Under the pieces are notes generated by a model. That model was not told the DNA's origin, made no database searches, and saw only the letters and a program-made list of their open reading frames with translations. A stretch of 27,040 bases of DNA from Ginkgo biloba (lineage: Eukaryota; Plantae; Ginkgophyta): positions 142,192,146 through 142,219,185 of the forward strand of contig JANKJI020000004.1 of the NCBI GenBank assembly GCA_024626585.2, read 5' to 3'. A program made the position numbers and the translations under genes. Each line of letters begins with the position of its first letter. Position 1 is the stretch's first letter. This document shows, in pieces, positions 1-13,320 of this stretch.

Positions 1-645
1 TCATCCTCTTCCATACAATCTATGCTCAATTCCTATATAAAGTTTTATTTGAGGAGAAGAGATATTCTATAGATGAAAGTATTTGTTTTGATGGGTATGA
101 ACTTACCACCTGATGCCTTAGAGAATACACTGATAACCCATTTCCATGCCTAAGAATAAGATCAAAATTTGAAGTGTGCATGCAATTTATTTTAGTATTC
201 AAATTCCCAAGAATAGCTCGATGTATTGAAATTATTGAAGTATACTAGACAATGACTCTATCATGATGATGAATATGTATAAAGAAAGTGGGTAGCCTTG
301 TCTAACACCCTTACTCTTATATGAGGATTTAGAGTTCTCCCAATTTATTAGAATTGTACAATTTACTATCTTGAGTATCCCTTTGGTCCATATAATATTT
401 TCACATGAAAAGGCCTTTTTCCTTTAATACAAAAAGACAAAAATCTCAATTCACCCTATTGTAAGATTTTTCCATATCTGCCTTCATCACCATTATAATC
501 CTCTTTCTTGTCCTAGCAATGTGGAGTGCCTCTATCACTATAGTCATATCATCCATTATTTTTATCCCCTTTATGAATGCATTTTAATCTAGGGATTTTA
601 TATTAGAGAGAATTAGAGAAATGATATCTATTACTAGTTTTTACA
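1..645 (-). mobile_element. Degenerate L1-type LINE ORF2, reverse transcriptase fragment
   Basis: Manual minus-strand translation gives NAFIKGIKIMDDMTIVIEALH..MVMKADMEKSYNRVN*DF (about 450-585), then a frameshift, then SKGVRQGYPLSLYIFIIMIESLS (about 245-315) and KASGGK. These match the plant L1 RT motifs KLDMEKAYDRVNWDF and GLRQGDPLSPYLF. Stops and a frameshift are present. Confidence 0.88.
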
Positions 646-2063
646 GAGTCAAGTTGAGTGTACGCATGGATCCTACATATGGCATTGGCCTTCTTATTAT
701 TCGTAATAAAAGTCCATACTAGTGAGTTAGTATGTAAGAACAATATCTAAGCTATTTTTAAATACGACATGAATTCATCAAATTGTTCTTAGATACTAAC
801 TTGAATTTTTAAACATAAAAGTTAAAGGATTGCCCCCCTTTTCAAAAGAATGGTGCTAAAATTGAAAGTTTTTGGGAGAAGAGTTGAGAGTTTCAACCTT
901 GGCAACTCCAAAATTTCTTGAATAGTGCATTTTTTTATTGCCACTATTTTCATTGTAACTTTTGAAACATAACTCCATTTTCTATGATCTTGAGCTCATT
1001 TTAAAGTTCTTAAGAAATCATACAACTCTTTTCTTGAGGACATTCATCTAAAAAATGAACAAATTTCTCCTAATTTACACCTCAAGTTGGGACTTTATAT
1101 TAAAAATTGACAAAAAATAATCTTGGATTCAAAAACTAATCAAACCTCCCATTTTTGGGGTTTTNNNNNNNNNNNNNNNNNNNNNNNNNNNNNNNNNNNN
1201 NNNNNNNNNNNNNNNNNNNNNNNNNNNNNNNNNNNNNNNNNNNNNNNNNNNNNNNNNNNNNNNNATTAATATTTGTCAAATAAGGTTAGGAAGTTGAAAC
1301 ATAAAAGGTCACTTGGAATTTGAATATGGAGAGTCATAAATGAGGTTTTATTGAAGATTAATGTTGATGTGATGTAAATGACTGTTCCTGGACATAACAT
1401 GTTCTAGTAGCTAGTTTATAGATTTCCAAGCTAGTTACTCAATGAATAATTTTTTTTATATTATATGACTCAACTTTTATCTTTGTGCATTCAATGGTTT
1501 TTATTTGTGAATAGCATGATTGTGAATTTATTTTTTNNNNNNNNNNNNNNNNNNNNNNNNNNNNNNNNNNNNNNNNNNNNNNNNNTTGGCAAAAGTAGCT
1601 TTTACAATTGGTATGACAATGTTGGATGCCTCTTTGATCCAAAAATTAACTATGAAGTCTAGGCAAAAGTTAACTAAAACAACAAAAAATGGAAAGGGGT
1701 AATTTTATTTTCATTTAGTGAGACCAAAATAAGAGAAATTTGTTATAGTAGTTTTTATAAACAATATAGGCACTTGGGAATATATAATTTTTCTTATTTA
1801 GAAATTATACATAATGATATTTTTGTCAATAGTTTGTTTTTGAAAATTGAAGTTCATTTTTGAAATTTTTGGTCTTTGGAAATTCACTTACTATTGGCAA
1901 AAGAACATTGAAATCTTAACAGATAACATGAATAATTTGATGCATAACTTGCAATTTATACATGATCATACCATGAAATTATAAAATAATATTATACTAT
2001 ATGTATAATATTTAAAGATAAGTGCAATATGCTAAGATATGCCATAAATAAGAACAATTTGAG

Positions 2064-2098
2064 CTATGATCTATGATCTATAGCTATGATCCTATGAA
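2064..2098 (+). repeat. Short imperfect tandem repeat (CTATGAT), about 5 copies
   Basis: Sequence reads CTATGAT CTATGAT CTATAG CTATGAT C CTATGAA. Confidence 0.7.
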
Positions 2099-3976
2099 TA
2101 GAAAAAAGCTAGAATCTAGAGCATAACACAAGATTGCACATAGAACATATTAAATTAGCTTGTCAAAAGTGAACAACAAGGAAAATTGGGCAAATGGGAC
2201 AAGAAACCATTCTTGTTTCTGGGAATGAAAGAAATTGTCATAAAGAAACATGAAAAGAAAAGAGATTGAAGGGTTTTTGGCAGGGAAAAAGATCTTGTAT
2301 TTTATGTAGAGTCTATTGAGAGAATAATAGATTATTATATATAGCATGTGCTGAGCTAGTTTATGATTGGTATCCTCCAAATTTGTGAGTTCTTTATTTT
2401 ATTTCTATTCTGATCCATTTTTCATTTTCTTATTCACGTGTAATGAGCAATTGGGATTGGGAAATGTTTTAAAACTTTCCATTATATGGACAGGCTTAGT
2501 TAGAACATCCCTTACCCCCAATTGCTAATCCATGTGGACATTTCTATCTATTACTTCCTTATTAAAGGTTCCTCATGTCGAGCTCTTGAACTACTTCTTG
2601 ATATTTTCACCCTTTGATTTATCACATCTATTCTTGGTGGTATCACAAGTAGATGTAGTGCTCACTTACTAGTTTCTTCACCTTTTTTTTTTTTCTCTTC
2701 TTAAAGTCAAATTTTCTTTGATTTGGAAAGCTTGTAGAATCTCTTCCTACCCTACATAGATCATTCTCCTAAATGAGGTCTATTTCTTAAGTACATGTTA
2801 TTGATTCCCAAGTAGTTTCCTCAATTAGTTTATTATACTAGTCAATAAGATACTTGTTTATTTTTTTGTTTTGAAACCTTCTATTTATACCTTCCTTATA
2901 AATGAATTATGCAAATATATTATTTCGCAAGTAATAGCCCTATTAGGAAATTTGATTAATAAACTAACTCCCTGAAGATTTTATACCAATGAAAAATAAA
3001 ATCCATCCATCTAACCTCTCATGGATAAATATTATTAGTCAATCACTCAGTAAAGAATATTCATTACAAAAAAGAAAAGGGCCCAATAGGAAGCCAAAAT
3101 GTTCAATAATCCATCCACCCATCCATATAAATAATAAATTTAAAACATATTAAGTTTAAATATATCCTTAACTATTGTTGGATTTATAACTAACCATGGA
3201 TAACTCAATAATTAGGTAGGGTTAAACTAGAAAAAATAGTTAATATCAATAAAATAATATGAAAATATATATGATGTAAATATTTAGAAAATAGGTATGC
3301 ATTTAATCAAACCTATAGGTAACTATGGTCNNNNNNNNNNNNNNNNNNNNNNNNNNNNNNNNNNNNNNNNNNNNNNNNNNNNNNNNNNNNNNNNNNNNNN
3401 NNNNNNNNNNNNNNNNNNNNNNNNNNNNNNTTTTAATCTAATATTTTATGGCACTAGGTTGCATGGAAGTAAAGTGACAACAATAGAAAATATTTCTATG
3501 AATCCTTTCTCTTTGTAAATTTTTCATATAAGTAAAATTTATTATATAGGGTGATCCTTCCCTTTATTAGTATTATTTTTTTAATCGTAATCAAATATGT
3601 TTCATGGATAAATTCAATTTTTTTGTAAGACAAGATTAGTGGACGTGATGTTAAAGATCGCCCTTGCAATCAAAGGGTTTATTTCACTGGTTATTTTTCC
3701 TTTATCTTTGTGTGGGTTGAAATTATTATAAATCCATTAATGTGGGAATAAGATATTGTAATTTATCAAGTGAGATAAGTATAGACATACATTTCTTTAT
3801 ATGCTTAGTGTAGAAAGATCCACTTGTGTTTGAGTATCACATGGGTTTATTTTATAATTTATGTACCCTTACTACTTGGTTTGCAAATTGAAGGTACTTA
3901 CAAAAGTACTTGGTATATTTATTTGGTTGAGACTTTGGAGTTCAATGCATTTGATCTTGATACCTTTAAATCAAAT

Positions 3977-4038
3977 TGGTATTAGAGTTTAGCATTTTAG
4001 GGACTCATTTTTCTTGCTAATAAATTTAGTATTAGAGC
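3977..4038 (+). mobile_element. Two degenerate tRNA-iMet primer-binding sites of LTR retrotransposon(s)
   Basis: TGGTATTAGAG at 3977-3987 (10/11 match to TGGTATCAGAG) lies 3 nt after a ..TCA LTR-like end. TAGTATTAGAGC at 4027-4038 is a 10/12 match to TGGTATCAGAGC. Confidence 0.5.
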
Positions 4039-5829
4039 AAGTTGTGACACATCTTAACAAGTTTCACTGTGTCACATTTGGTGTTCATGATTAAGATAAA
4101 AAAGAAGTATCAAGAGACGAGTCAAAATCTCATTAAGGAATTAATCTATAATCCAAGAAGGGTTATATTAGAATTAAGTGATTCTTCTAAGATAATAGAT
4201 TCTAGTGAGAGTGTTTTATATGGTTGAGTTTCCATTGGAAAAATAAAGCAAAATATTTAAAAAAGTTTTTTTTCAACTTGCATATCTTTATGAAAANNNN
4301 NNNNNNNNNNNNNNNNNNNNNNNNNNNNNNAGTCTTAAACCAAGTATTAGTTTAACCTATCACCTCAATTTTATTAAACAAAGGAATTATTAGTACTAGT
4401 GTACATAGCATAATGATGGGTACAACCATAGGTGTTCCAATCATAAGATATCTTACATATTACTTTATTAGTTTTTATAAATATGTTAAAGTGGGGACTA
4501 CGATGGAGACTACACCTCTGAGGATAGATTAGATGACTAGTCAAGGTATATTAAGGTCTATATAGGTTCCTAGGGTTATAATGGCTTGCAAAATGTTTTC
4601 TTTTTTCTTTTGAAGATGACTAGGCATGAACTTATTTTGCGGGAGAGTTTTTGTGAGTGACAAAATATTATGAGGTTGTCCATTATTTAGTTNNNNNNNN
4701 NNNNNNNNNNNNNNNNNNNNNNNNNNNNNNNNNNNNNNNNNNNNNNNNNNNNNNNNNNNNNNNNNNNNNNNNNNNNNNNNNNNNNNNNNNNNNNNNNNNN
4801 NNNNNNNNNNNNNNNNNNNNNNNNNNNNNNNNNNNNNNNNNNNNNNNNNNNNNNNNNNNNNNNNNNNNNNNNNNNNNNNNNNNNNNNNNNNNNNNNNNNN
4901 NNNNNNNNNNNNNNNNNNNNNNNNNNNNNNNNNNNNNNNNNNNNNNNNNNNNNNNNNNNNNNNNNNNNNNNNNNNNNNNNNNNNNNNNNNNNNNNNNNNN
5001 NNNNNNNNNNNNNNNNNNNNNNNNNNNNNNNNNNNNNNNNNNNNNNNNNNNNNNNNNNNNNNNNNNNNNNNNNNNNNNNNNNNNNNNNNNNNNNNNNNNN
5101 NNNNNNNNNNNNNNNNNNNNNNNNNNNNNNNNNNNNNNNNNNNNNNNNNNNNNNNNNNNNNNNNNNNNNNNNNNNNNNNNNNNNNNNNNNNNNNNNNNNN
5201 NNNNNNNNNNNNNNNNNNNNNNNNNNNNNNNNNNNNNNNNNNNNNNNNNNNNNNNNNNNNNNNNNNNNNNNNNAAAAATCCCTAAAATCTAAAACTTACA
5301 TCTTGAGCTTAATTATTCCATGCATTTACACTTGAATTTGGGAAGAAAAAAAGAGAATCTAAATAAGTATTGTTAATTTTAATTCCTTTTCCTTTACTTT
5401 TCAATTGTCATTCACTTTCTAATACTTGCATTGTTCACTTGCACTCCCTTGAGGTACCTTATAACTTTGATTCAAAAAATTCATGTGGAAAGGGGAATGG
5501 TCATTTTATTTAACCCATGTCGGAAAAAGCGGATTAAACCACAAGTTTANNNNNNNNNNNNNNNNNNNNCTAATTCTAACAAAAAAACTTCCTATTATTG
5601 GGTTTAGCATTAATTTACCTAGATGGTAGAATAGGCCTAACATTTAAGTAGTTAAAGCATTAGTTATTTTTGTATTTCCATTTTTATTCTTATTATTGGC
5701 ATGCTTATTGTTGTTAAAGGAAGGTGATTTGGACACTTTAGGAAGGATATCATTGTTGATAGGATCATTTGACCTTTCTTAGTGTAACTAACTTATATAC
5801 TTCTCTTATGTGGCTATGGAGGTATAATG

Positions 5830-6150
5830 GTCTAGAGGGTTGCATCAAATATATAAAATACCTATATTTGGCTATGTGTAGCTTATAAACACACAAAATT
5901 TAATAATTAGTTTATTAATAGTTGAAGGGACTCAATNNNNNNNNNNGGTTCTTTCTTAATAGTAATATGGGATTGACCTGTGATGTCTTCATCCACTAGA
6001 TAATGGTTGAAGTGGATTGAAGATGACTTTGGGTTGTTTGATAGAGAGTTATTATAAATGCTACCTCTAGAAAATAAAATGTGTATTATAAAGGTCCACA
6101 TTATCAATATGAACTAGGAGGAGGACTTGATATATAATATTAGGAAGTAT
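5830..6150 (+). mobile_element. Possible retroelement RNase H relic
   Basis: LIVEG(DS) with a 1-nt indel at about 5915-5935, and KVHIINMN*EEDLIYNI at about 6090-6140, resemble the RNase H motifs VEGDS and H..RE.N..AD.LA. Very eroded. Confidence 0.3.
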
Positions 6151-8489
6151 GGAATCAACCAAATATTCTACTACTTAATAGGTCTATATTGAAGCTTGTA
6201 ATTACTCACAATCAAGATGCAACTTATGGGTATATGTGATGAAAAGAATATACTGCATATATCTCATTTTTATAATAAGAGGAAAGATAAATTATTTGCT
6301 AGATAGGATCCCAAAATAGAGAAATAATATTTAAGTAAGATCATCAAAGTGGTTGAATGAGGTAATAATAAGAATCATAAACCACTTGGTTTCATTACTA
6401 AGTAGAAATATAGGGAATATTCATAACTTTATGGGGTCTTCAAAATATGAGTTTGTCATACACCATATGCAGTAGACAATAATATGGTTTATAGGGTCCT
6501 CTCTAGGGTTTGCTTAGAATTTAGGAATATCTGTAAGGATATTTATTAGAATCTTGGTCAATGATGGNNNNNNNNNNNNNNNNNNNNNNNNNNNNNNNNN
6601 NNNNNNNNNNNNNNNNNNNNNNNNNNNNNNNNNNNNNNNNNNNNNNNNNNNNNNNNNNNNNNNNNNNTGTTTAAAATATTATGAAGAAGAAATAAATACA
6701 AGATAGTGGAAAAATATCTCTAAAATATAATCTTAATCTTCATTCCCCTTGTATAAAAAGGGAGAATTTATTTACTTTACTTTATACAAAAAATATGCGA
6801 GTAGATAATGACATCGTCCTTCAAAGATAACTTCAAGCTAGATTTTATAAAAATGTGTTTGTTTCAACTATAAGAAATAAAAAATCAAACATTATATGTA
6901 CAAATGGAACTCCTCAAAATTGTTAGTCCTCTTTTGACAAGTCATATTTCCTACTATAGATAATAAGTTCTACTATATGTTGGAGGTGCCTACATTTTAT
7001 TTTCTTGAGCAAAACACTTCTCAATGCATATATACTTATCGATTGAATTTGTTTGACCACAAACTATTCCTATATGTATGTTTATTGTTTGGTACTAACT
7101 AACATTTAAATGTTAAAAATAAATAATCCTCATTTAAATGATATAACAACTAATAAATATGAAAGGGAAAATAAATGTTATTCCTATCATTCTTACTTTC
7201 CCCTTGCTATTATGGATCTATACTTATTTATAGTAAGGGATGGGTCAATGGCCCAATTAGTTATATGAGATGGCAATCAGGTTTCCATTCATAGAAGTAA
7301 TCAATGGAAATCCATCAATATGGGATATTTGACTAGTATCATCTCTAGAGACTGATATGATATTATAAGGACTCAATTGACGAGATATAATTATTTTCAA
7401 GGATAAGAAATCATCAAATTACAATATGATACATGGATTTTTACCATGTGGTAGTTAGGATAAGGTGGTAACTAAGTTGACTTAAAGTTTCTATGTTGCA
7501 TTGTTATGACAATTTGGTAGTTTTTCCAATTATTATTATTTCACAAGGTTGCGAGATTTTGCATTGATTTTCTTGTTGCTGACTTTCATATTTTTTGTCA
7601 ATCTTTGTTTATTTTCACACCTTCTACATATTCATGTGAACTTGTACTTCAACCCATACTATTGATCTTGCCAAGGCTAATATTGACTATTGATAGCCAT
7701 TTGTTATAGTTGTTGCGTATTTCAGTGACCTTTTGTAACATTGTAACTTTTATGCAATTATGTATGGCAATATGATTTTGTAGTATCCCCATGTAGTTTT
7801 CCCCGCCTCTTTGTAATATTTTCCAAATTCATAAAGCTACACTTTTATTTCCATCTTCTACTATATGACATCCTTTTTCCAATTTGGAGAAAGTTTGTAT
7901 ACTTATGCAACAACATGATTTCTTTGCCACCTTTTTCTATTTTCACTTCTTTAAGTAAACTGTGTTTTTTTACAACATTGCCACCATTTCATAGTTTTAT
8001 GTGATATTATTCCTTTTATCGTACCCCTTTACAAACTTTATGGCATTCTACAATATTAAACAATTTTTGGCAACTTCGTGCAACTTTGCATAATTCCTCT
8101 GCTAAAATTTTAAAAGGTAAGTTTATGGATTTTCCATGGATTATTGGCTTCCTACCATTACAAAATTAATACGACTAAGTATTCTTATTTTATTATATAT
8201 GACTTAGTTTAGACCTCACTCCTTTAAATATGGTGGCCTCCATCATCTTCTCAATGAGACTAAAAAATTATTTCCTAATTTTCTCCTTTGTGAACATTTT
8301 TCCTTCTTGAGGAAATTTCCATTTTCTATCAACCTTATATAGCTTTGTGGNNNNNNNNNNNNNNNNNNNNNNNNNNNNNNNNNNNNNNNNNNNNNNNNNN
8401 NNNNNNNNNNNNNNNNNNNNNNNNNNNNNNNNNNNNNNNNNNNNNNNNNNTTATTATTATACTTAGGGAAAAAAAAAAAAAAAGGGACT

Positions 8490-9490
8490 TCTTTAGGATA
8501 AAGAATAATGATGGAATTAATGTCATTAAACCTGTCGTAGGGAATAACTATAAATTTTCCCAAGTACTTAGGGAACCACTTGACTTGATATATAGAGGAT
8601 ATGATGGCCCCTATTTATTTCATCCAATCTTATCCTAGGATAACATTTTATCATATGTTGGCATCTATAATTTCTACATCAAATTTTAAGGTTTTTCCCT
8701 CGAAGTTTATGAACAATTATGGGCACATTAAGGACTAGACTTTATAAAGGTACCTTATGGTCATTAAAATCCTTAAGTTTGATCTCTGGTATGGAAAATA
8801 TATTTTATTCCTAAATGCCTAATCGTGATATATGAAATAATGATGAGGTTTAAACCTTCATATATAATAAAACATATGATACTAACATCATTGACCTATG
8901 TAAAGATAGTAAAAGGCTTAGAATTTCTCTTAGGCCTATTTGTTAAGCTTTTTAAGTCAAATATGACGCAAGTTTATAATAGGGTTGCTTATATACCTAA
9001 GGCATATAGGATTTTACATATTTTATATAAATAATAATTAAGAATTTATAAATATGGCATTAATCTATTTGCGTGTTTAAGGTCAAATATGATATCATGG
9101 TTAGATGTTATCTTCTAAGGTTTCTTGGGGATTATATTATGAGTAAGTTGCTCATCATGATTTACAATATTTAATGGAGATTCAAATTGAGGAATAAAAT
9201 TGATTTCATCATTATGCCTAACATCATTAGTTTCCTATATTTAGTCCATTGACCTAGTTGTTACCTTAGCATCAACTTCTATNNNNNNNNNNNNNNNNNN
9301 NNNNNNNNNNNNNNNNNNNNNNNNNNNNNNNNTATCCTCATGGGGTTTACCCATATTTATTAATCCATTAAAGATAGGGTGGTCATAATGTGGATGTACT
9401 AAAGGGAAAGAAATATACATTAATACATTTAAATATAATGGGTACATTGGCCAAAATGGTAGAGATTGTGGGATTTGACTATTGTGGTTT
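8490..9490 (+). mobile_element. Highly degenerate Ty1/copia RT-RNase H relic
   Basis: Collinear weak motifs across frameshifts: FRIKNNDG..KFSQV, FLHQIL, YG..WYGKY..FL, LTYV(K), KAYRILH, VVTLASTS and NIMGTLAKMV..FDYC. They follow the order expected for copia pol. Confidence 0.4.
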
Positions 9491-9964
9491 GATTGATCCA
9501 ACTCATGATTAGTTTGGTAGAAAAGAATAAGAGAAGGTATTATCAAATCATTAGACTAAAAATAATTGTTGAACTCNNNNNNNNNNNNNNNNNNNTTTGT
9601 GTATTCTTATTATTAAGAAAGGGATTTGGATTTAATTTCATTTTAGAGGCATTCTTATCCCTATATTCTCTAATCCAAACCATTTTTTTATAATATTCTT
9701 CCTTATAAGAGTCGTATTTATAGTGGTTGCATCATATTTCTATTCTATAAAATATATTCTTAATAGAATTTGATTTTAACCTATTATTTATGATGTTCCA
9801 TCAACTAGGAGGGAGATAACTTTGNNNNNNNNNNNNNNNNNNNNNNNNNNNNNNNNNNNNNNNNNNNNNNNNNNNNNNNNNNNNNNNNNNNNNNNNNNNN
9901 NNNNNNNNNNNNNNNNNNNNNNNNAAAATTAATCATCTTTACTAGGATGATCCTAACTTTGATA

Positions 9965-10530
9965 TAGTTTAGGATAGTGATAAATAAAATATTTGTATTT
10001 ATGGTAATGATTGCAACTATAAGGGGTATTTTTATAATCTAGATGTTGAATGTATTAATAGTCTTATAATTAAATCTTAATGGAATGTAGAATACCTAAA
10101 CTTAAGTTTGTTTTAATGTAGATTATAATATGAATTTTGCCAAGTTCCTTCGAATATCTTAACAAAGTGACCTAACATATTTCCTATATATTCAAGCATG
10201 ACTTCTTTAATTAGATAATAGGGTAAGAATGGTAATTATACCCATAGTGCTACCTCTATTTGGATATCCTTTAAGGGTTAAAAGTTGATATTCCAATAGT
10301 CAAGATAAATATTGCTTCTTCCCATAAACCAAGGGCCACCTTAAGAAATAACCTCTTTATCCTCTTTACTCTTGGAAATATCTAGGAAGAAACCTCTACC
10401 ACAAGGAAGAAGTTCCACTAAACTATTGATGATATTCTGTTAGTTATTTTTTACTTAAGAGTTTAAAGAATTTAGTGACATACATAAACCACTAAGATTC
10501 TCGATTAGGGCACAATCATATAAATCTTAA
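9965..10530 (-). mobile_element. Degenerate L1-type LINE ORF1 (DUF4283 plus zf-CCHC_4-like knuckle)
   Basis: Minus-strand translation gives ELLPCGRGFF..EDKEVIS*GGPWFMGRSNIYLDYWNINF*P..VALWV*LPFLPYY..LEYIGNMLGHFVK. After a frameshift it reads IQHLDYKNTPYSCNHYHKYKYFIYHYPK, an eroded LDYE.IPFRC..CH.YGH...CP. Confidence 0.88.
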
Positions 10531-12333
10531 ACTTCCTCTAGAATCACTATTAGATCAATAAATAACTCAAGTTTCTTGACAAAAATAGACTGGTCCAAAC
10601 CCTTCAATCCTAGTCAATTGANNNNNNNNNNNNNNNNNNNAAGAGACTTCTTAGACCAATCCTTAGACACACTATAGGTCAAAGAGTATCAATGGGATGA
10701 GGGGGAACCGAATTTTCCCTTCGATAATGCCATCATGAAACCCTTAGTAGCGGTCAATTGTCATTACCCTTTCATCTCTCGTAGCCAAACCCCTAAAGTA
10801 AGAAATAGTTTTAGATCACTAATACTCAAGGATTTTAGAGTAGTTTGTAAAAAGCCTATTTATAGTGATGAAAAGTAATATTTTGTTAAAGTTAATTAAG
10901 GATGACACATAATGGTGTCAAGAATGTGACAACATTAAGGTTTAAGGTACATTTGTCTTAACTTCATTTAAGCTAGTTGGAAAATATTCAAATAGCAACA
11001 ATGATTTCGTGAATCAATTTTGGTTAAAATGGTGATGATTTAGAGACTCAGCATTCTTTTCCTCACCTTCTTAAANNNNNNNNNNNNNNNNNNNNNNNNN
11101 NNNNNNNNNNNNNNNNNNNNNNNNNNNNNNNNNNNNNNNNNNNNNNNNNNNNNNNNNNNNNNNNNNNNNNNNNNNNNNNNNNNNNNNNNNNNNNNNNNNN
11201 NNNNNNNNNNNNNNNNNNNNNNNNNNNNNNNNNNNNNNNNNNNNNNNNNNNNNNNNNNNNNNNNNNNNNNNNNNNNNNNNNNNNNNNNNNNNNNNNNNNN
11301 NNNNNNNNNNNNNNNNNNNNNNNNNNNNNNNNNNNNNNNNNNNNNNNNNNNNNNNNNNNNNNNNNNNNNNNNNNNNNNNNNNNNNNNNNNNNNNNNNNNN
11401 NNNNNNNNNNNNNNNNNNNNNNNNNNNNNNNNNNNNNNNNNNNNNNNNNNNNNNNNNNNNNNNNNNNNNNNNNNNNNNNNNNNNNNNNNNNNNNNNNNNN
11501 NNNNNNNNNNNNNNNNNNNNNNNNNNNNNNNNNNNNNNNNNNNNNNNNNNNNNNNNNNNNNNNNNNNNNNNNNNNNNNNNNNNNNNNNNNNNNNNNNNNN
11601 NNNNNNNNNNNNNNNNNNNNNNNNNNNNNNNNNNNNNNNNNNNNNNNNNNNNNNNNNNNNNNNNNNNNNNNNNNNNNNNNNNNNNNNNNNNNNNNNNNNN
11701 NNNNNNNNNNNNNNNNNNNNNNNNNNNNNNNNNNNNNNNNNNNNNNNNNNNNNNNNNNNNNNNNNNNNNNNNNNNNNNNNNNNNNNNNNNNNNNNNNNNN
11801 NNNNNNNNNNNNNNNNNNNNNNNNNNNNNNNNNNNNNNNNNNNNNNNNNNNNNNNNNNNNNNNNNNNNNNNNNNNNNNNNNNNNNNNNNNNNNNNNNNNN
11901 NNNNNNNNNNNNNNNNNNNNNNNNNNNNNNNNNNNNNNNNNNNNNNNNNNNNNNNNNNNNAAGGACTAATTTAGCTTAATATGAGGGAGTGAAACTTAAA
12001 TATTCAATAAAATTATAGAGAAGACTTGGACATATGAAATAGAGGGAGGAACTAACATATTAAATACATTACATGTATTTTCCATAGATAATGAAGTGAT
12101 GCATATAATAGATTGTATGGATTGTATTAGTGAATGACATAATTTGATGATATATGGTGGCCCAAGGCTTCTATAACTAAAAATCTATTATGATGGTAAG
12201 ATTATCATNNNNNNNNNNNNNNGGATATAACAAGAATAAAAATAGAATAAAAGGATAGAAATATGTTGAGTAGTCAATGGATTAACACTCTTGTATAAAT
12301 AAATAAATATAATTATCTCTTTATATGTCTATA

Positions 12334-12861
12334 TGATATAGATATTCAGGAGAACTTATGTTGACCCTAACAAGTGATCGTAGATACTAGTAAATGCATA
12401 AAGATGATTCATGCACGCAATTTGACATAATTTGATATAATCTTAAAATTCACAATTCAAATATTATTACTCCTCTCTATTTAAAAGAGATATCAAATAA
12501 GAATAAAGAAAATAATAGAATGAGATTTTTATTGAAAGAAAGAGGAACTCACTATGTTGTAAGTTGTCTTATTCTATAACAAGATAAATAGAAACTGTTG
12601 AATTAGACTATTGAGAAAATGGGAAAAAATTAGACCTATTTATAGGCTAGAATACGACGCTTTACACCAAGTTGATCTTGAGTCAATTGAGAATATTATT
12701 TTTCTGCCAATTGTTCCTTAGTTCCTTAGAACACCAATGCCCTTAATCAGTGTTATCCAAATGGATTACGTTAAGATGTATTAATTTAATTTAATGCATG
12801 ACATGCAGATTTATTTAGAAACTAATTATTATGGCTTATGTTATATTTTAGGAACATAACA
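12334..12861 (-). mobile_element. 3' LTR (about 528 bp) of a Reina-like chromovirus
   Basis: On the minus strand it begins TGTTAT immediately after the PPT and ends ATATCA (5/6 terminal inverted repeat). It contains the TATA-like CCTATAAATAGG at 12635-12646 and is homologous to 15476-16015. Confidence 0.8.
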
Positions 12862-13220
12862 TATCCCACCCTCTTAAAAATATTTTTTCCTCAAAGTATT
12901 AGTGAGCTAATGTGGCTTTGTACAAGGTCTGTAATTCACTCATCACATCTTCTTCTGGTGGATTCTTTAATTTGATGCAATATTCTATAATTTGATTTTA
13001 TCTAATCTACTCGGTCCAAACTTCCAACATTTCTTTAAGTTTAAGGACTATTTTTCCTTCCTTGTCAAGCATTGATAGTTTTGTTTGGGAAACTATGCTT
13101 TGTTTGATCTACCTTTTGTCATATGATAGATAGAATACATCGTGTATTTATCCTTTATTTGGGAAGTAAAGTGTATAGGAAACTTATTTCACTTTTTATT
13201 ATACTTTATAAGGGTTATAA
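12862..13220 (-). mobile_element. Ty3/gypsy chromovirus (Reina-like) integrase C-terminus, chromodomain and PPT
   Basis: One frame with stops: YNPYKV**KVK*VSYTLYFPNKG*IHDVFYLS..SQTKLSMLDKEGKIVLK..IEYCIKLKNPPEEDV..FEEKIFLRGWDM. This is the GPY/F module, a chromodomain and the LEDK..F.G.G.V-type ending. PPT AAGAGGGTGGGATA at 12875-12862. Confidence 0.85.
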
Positions 13221-13320
13221 NNNNNNNNNNNNNNNNNNNNNNNNNNNNNNNNNNNNNNNNNNNNNNNNNNNNNNNNNNNNNNNNNNNNNNNNNNNNNNNN
13301 NNNNNNNNNNNNNNNNNNNN

